Virus record (IMG/VR): IMGVR_UViG_3300017767_000012
Coordinates: 1-58,787 of that record
Source: a virus
Lineage: Duplodnaviria > Caudoviricetes
Reading direction: 5' to 3' (one strand)
Length of the DNA: 58,787 bases
Shown: in pieces, positions 57,398-58,787 of the stretch
How the letters are laid out: each line of letters begins with the position of its first letter
How positions within the stretch are numbered: position 1 is the stretch's first letter
Notes under the pieces: model-generated
Told to the model about the DNA's origin: nothing
Seen by the model: the letters and a program-made list of their open reading frames with translations, nothing else
Database searches by the model: none
Program-made: the position numbers and the translations under genes

Positions 57398-57535
57398 TCA
57401 GTAATTACAATAGTAGTTATTACTTAGTGTCTCATAATAGCCTGTCCGTGGGTAATAATCAAGGTCATCATTATACTCTGAGTTGTTGTTAGTTTCTGCC
57501 TGGTAATCTTCATGCTCAAAGTAATAACCTGCCAT
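57398..57535 (-). CDS. Tyr/Asn/acidic-rich 45-aa early peptide
   Basis: Manual: MAGYYFEHEDYQAETNNNSEYNDDLDYYPRTGYYETLSNNYYCNY; AAGGA SD and a perfect promoter upstream. Confidence 0.55.
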   Translation of the reverse strand: MAGYYFEHEDYQAETNNNSEYNDDLDYYPRTGYYETLSNNYYCNY

Positions 57536-57566
57536 GTGATTGCAGTCCTTCAGTGTTAATAACTGT

Positions 57567-57595
57567 ATTATAGCAAAGTATCAGGCAGTTGTCAA
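57567..57595 (-). promoter_or_regulatory. Consensus sigma70 early promoter
   Basis: TTGACA-17 nt-TATAAT with extended TG. Confidence 0.85.
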
Positions 57596-57645
57596 ATGTT
57601 CCTCTGTTAATTAATAAGAACTGTGAGCATATTGTGACCTGATAG

Positions 57646-57674
57646 TTGACATTTTGTTCCATCCATAGTACACT
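57646..57674 (+). promoter_or_regulatory. Divergent sigma70-type promoter with no obvious downstream ORF
   Basis: TTGACA-17 nt-TACACT. Confidence 0.6.
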
Positions 57675-57858
57675 CGCTTACCTAACAACAACTCCGCACT
57701 ATTAATAGGTCTTAAATAACACTTAGTGAACACACAGTTATTAACATATATTGAGAGAAAGATAAAACACACAGGTATATTTAAAAAGGTATTTAATAAC
57801 TTTCCGTGTATACTTACTAACCCCTATGTAACCCCTCTAAATGACACTCAGAGAGGTG

Positions 57859-58098
57859 TTAATCTGTATTAGGTTTGTATATGTCTGCGAGGGTACTTGT
57901 CTCTCTAATTAACACTAACTGTTCTTGTTCTCTGGGATACACTAACAGGCAACATTTACTCATTGGTTGTAAAGAATGACCACACACATTTTTCTTTACA
58001 CTAACACAAACTGTTATGTAAGTATCATCAACAAAATCTACTATTCCTCGCATATTGTCGGGGAATTGTACATAGTTTCCTTTGGTGAATTTGTGCAT
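57859..58098 (-). CDS. Hypothetical 79-aa protein
   Basis: GIVDFVDDTYITVC...CLLVYP pattern. Confidence 0.65.
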   Translation of the reverse strand: MHKFTKGNYVQFPDNMRGIVDFVDDTYITVCVSVKKNVCGHSLQPMSKCCLLVYPREQEQLVLIRETSTLADIYKPNTD

Positions 58099-58244
58099 CT
58101 TAATTGATAATCAGTACTGTCTAATAAGTCTACTATATGTAAAGGAAGGGATGTATTATTTTTTGCCCACTTTACTCGATAGTTCATAATAAACACCCTA
58201 AGTAAACTTAACTGTTCATGACTAAGTTGTACATTGTGTATCAT
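58041..58244 (-). CDS. Hypothetical 67-aa protein
   Basis: ORF track only; overlaps the downstream ORF by 58 nt. Confidence 0.45.
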   Translation of the reverse strand: MIHNVQLSHEQLSLLRVFIMNYRVKWAKNNTSLPLHIVDLLDSTDYQLRCTNSPKETMYNSPTICEE

Positions 58245-58252
58245 ATTAATAT

Positions 58253-58564
58253 TTAATTGTTGTTAGTTAGTGATTGAACATAGCACTCGTCAATGTCTAT
58301 ATCCTCCTCTATTATAGCACATATTCTATCAATATCCTTTGATGAACTTGCTTCTACTGATAACAACCAACCATCCAAGTCTTCTTGATATGTATCATTT
58401 TTTAGGGCGATTCCCAACTCATCTTGATATTTAGTGAGAAAATTAACAACTGAATAGTTATTATAACTGTCAGCAAATACGACCACTAAAGTAGCACTAA
58501 CCCCTGTGAAATATGCTATCCCTGATGATAACTTATCCATAGACAATTTAGTCTTCCTCGGCAT
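58253..58564 (-). CDS. Hypothetical protein
   Basis: Start moved to MPRKTK (TAATG coupling). Confidence 0.55.
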   Translation of the reverse strand: MPRKTKLSMDKLSSGIAYFTGVSATLVVVFADSYNNYSVVNFLTKYQDELGIALKNDTYQEDLDGWLLSVEASSSKDIDRICAIIEEDIDIDECYVQSLTNNN

Positions 58565-58787
58565 TACTTTAACCCCCATCTTATTTGTAGATAGTTACTA
58601 TCATGATACCTTTCTAACTCATCTGGTTCACTCATAAATATGAATTCTTCACAAAAGTATTGAACAGATATCATACCTAAATCTTCACATGCTCTAAGCA
58701 TTTCACCTATCTGATTGTTACTTAGTTCGAGAAAGTCTATGCAGTAAGCAATATCTTTTTCTAATTGTGATGTGTGTTTCTTGTTAA
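58564..58787 (-). CDS. Partial hypothetical protein (start outside the window)
   Basis: Manual open frame ...SQLEKDIAYCIDFLEL...VQYFCEEFIF...WGLK*. Confidence 0.55.
   Translation of the reverse strand, partial: NKKHTSQLEKDIAYCIDFLELSNNQIGEMLRACEDLGMISVQYFCEEFIFMSEPDELERYHDSNYLQIRWGLK

Overview
This window is the late (virion) module of a T4-like marine cyanomyovirus (Kyanoviridae-type gene order), almost entirely on the minus strand. In transcription order (right to left) it holds small AT-rich early-type ORFs with sigma70 promoters, an AbrB-like protein, a GT-A glycosyltransferase, g25-g6-g7 (4884 aa)-g8, a 2443-aa VrlC-like protein, a 2373-aa fibre, g13-g14-g15-g16, an island of microproteins plus a thermonuclease, g17, a second island with a cytidylyltransferase, g18-g23, g3, uvsY, uvsW, g55 and a truncated orphan DNA methyltransferase. 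Four observations stand out. (1) gp7 contains nine related beta-domains that appear nested inside one another like balanced parentheses, with a circularly permuted copy in the fibre. (2) A G-[IVLF]-x-[TS] peptide motif recurs across the virion proteins and is a candidate glycosylation signal. (3) A sharp boundary near 57.29 kb leads into a GATC-free region with divergent promoters and repeats, a candidate origin, pac or first-injected segment. (4) Three overlapping promoter elements and a hairpin lie upstream of the late sigma gene g55. All assignments come from motif recognition and synteny by eye; no searches were run.
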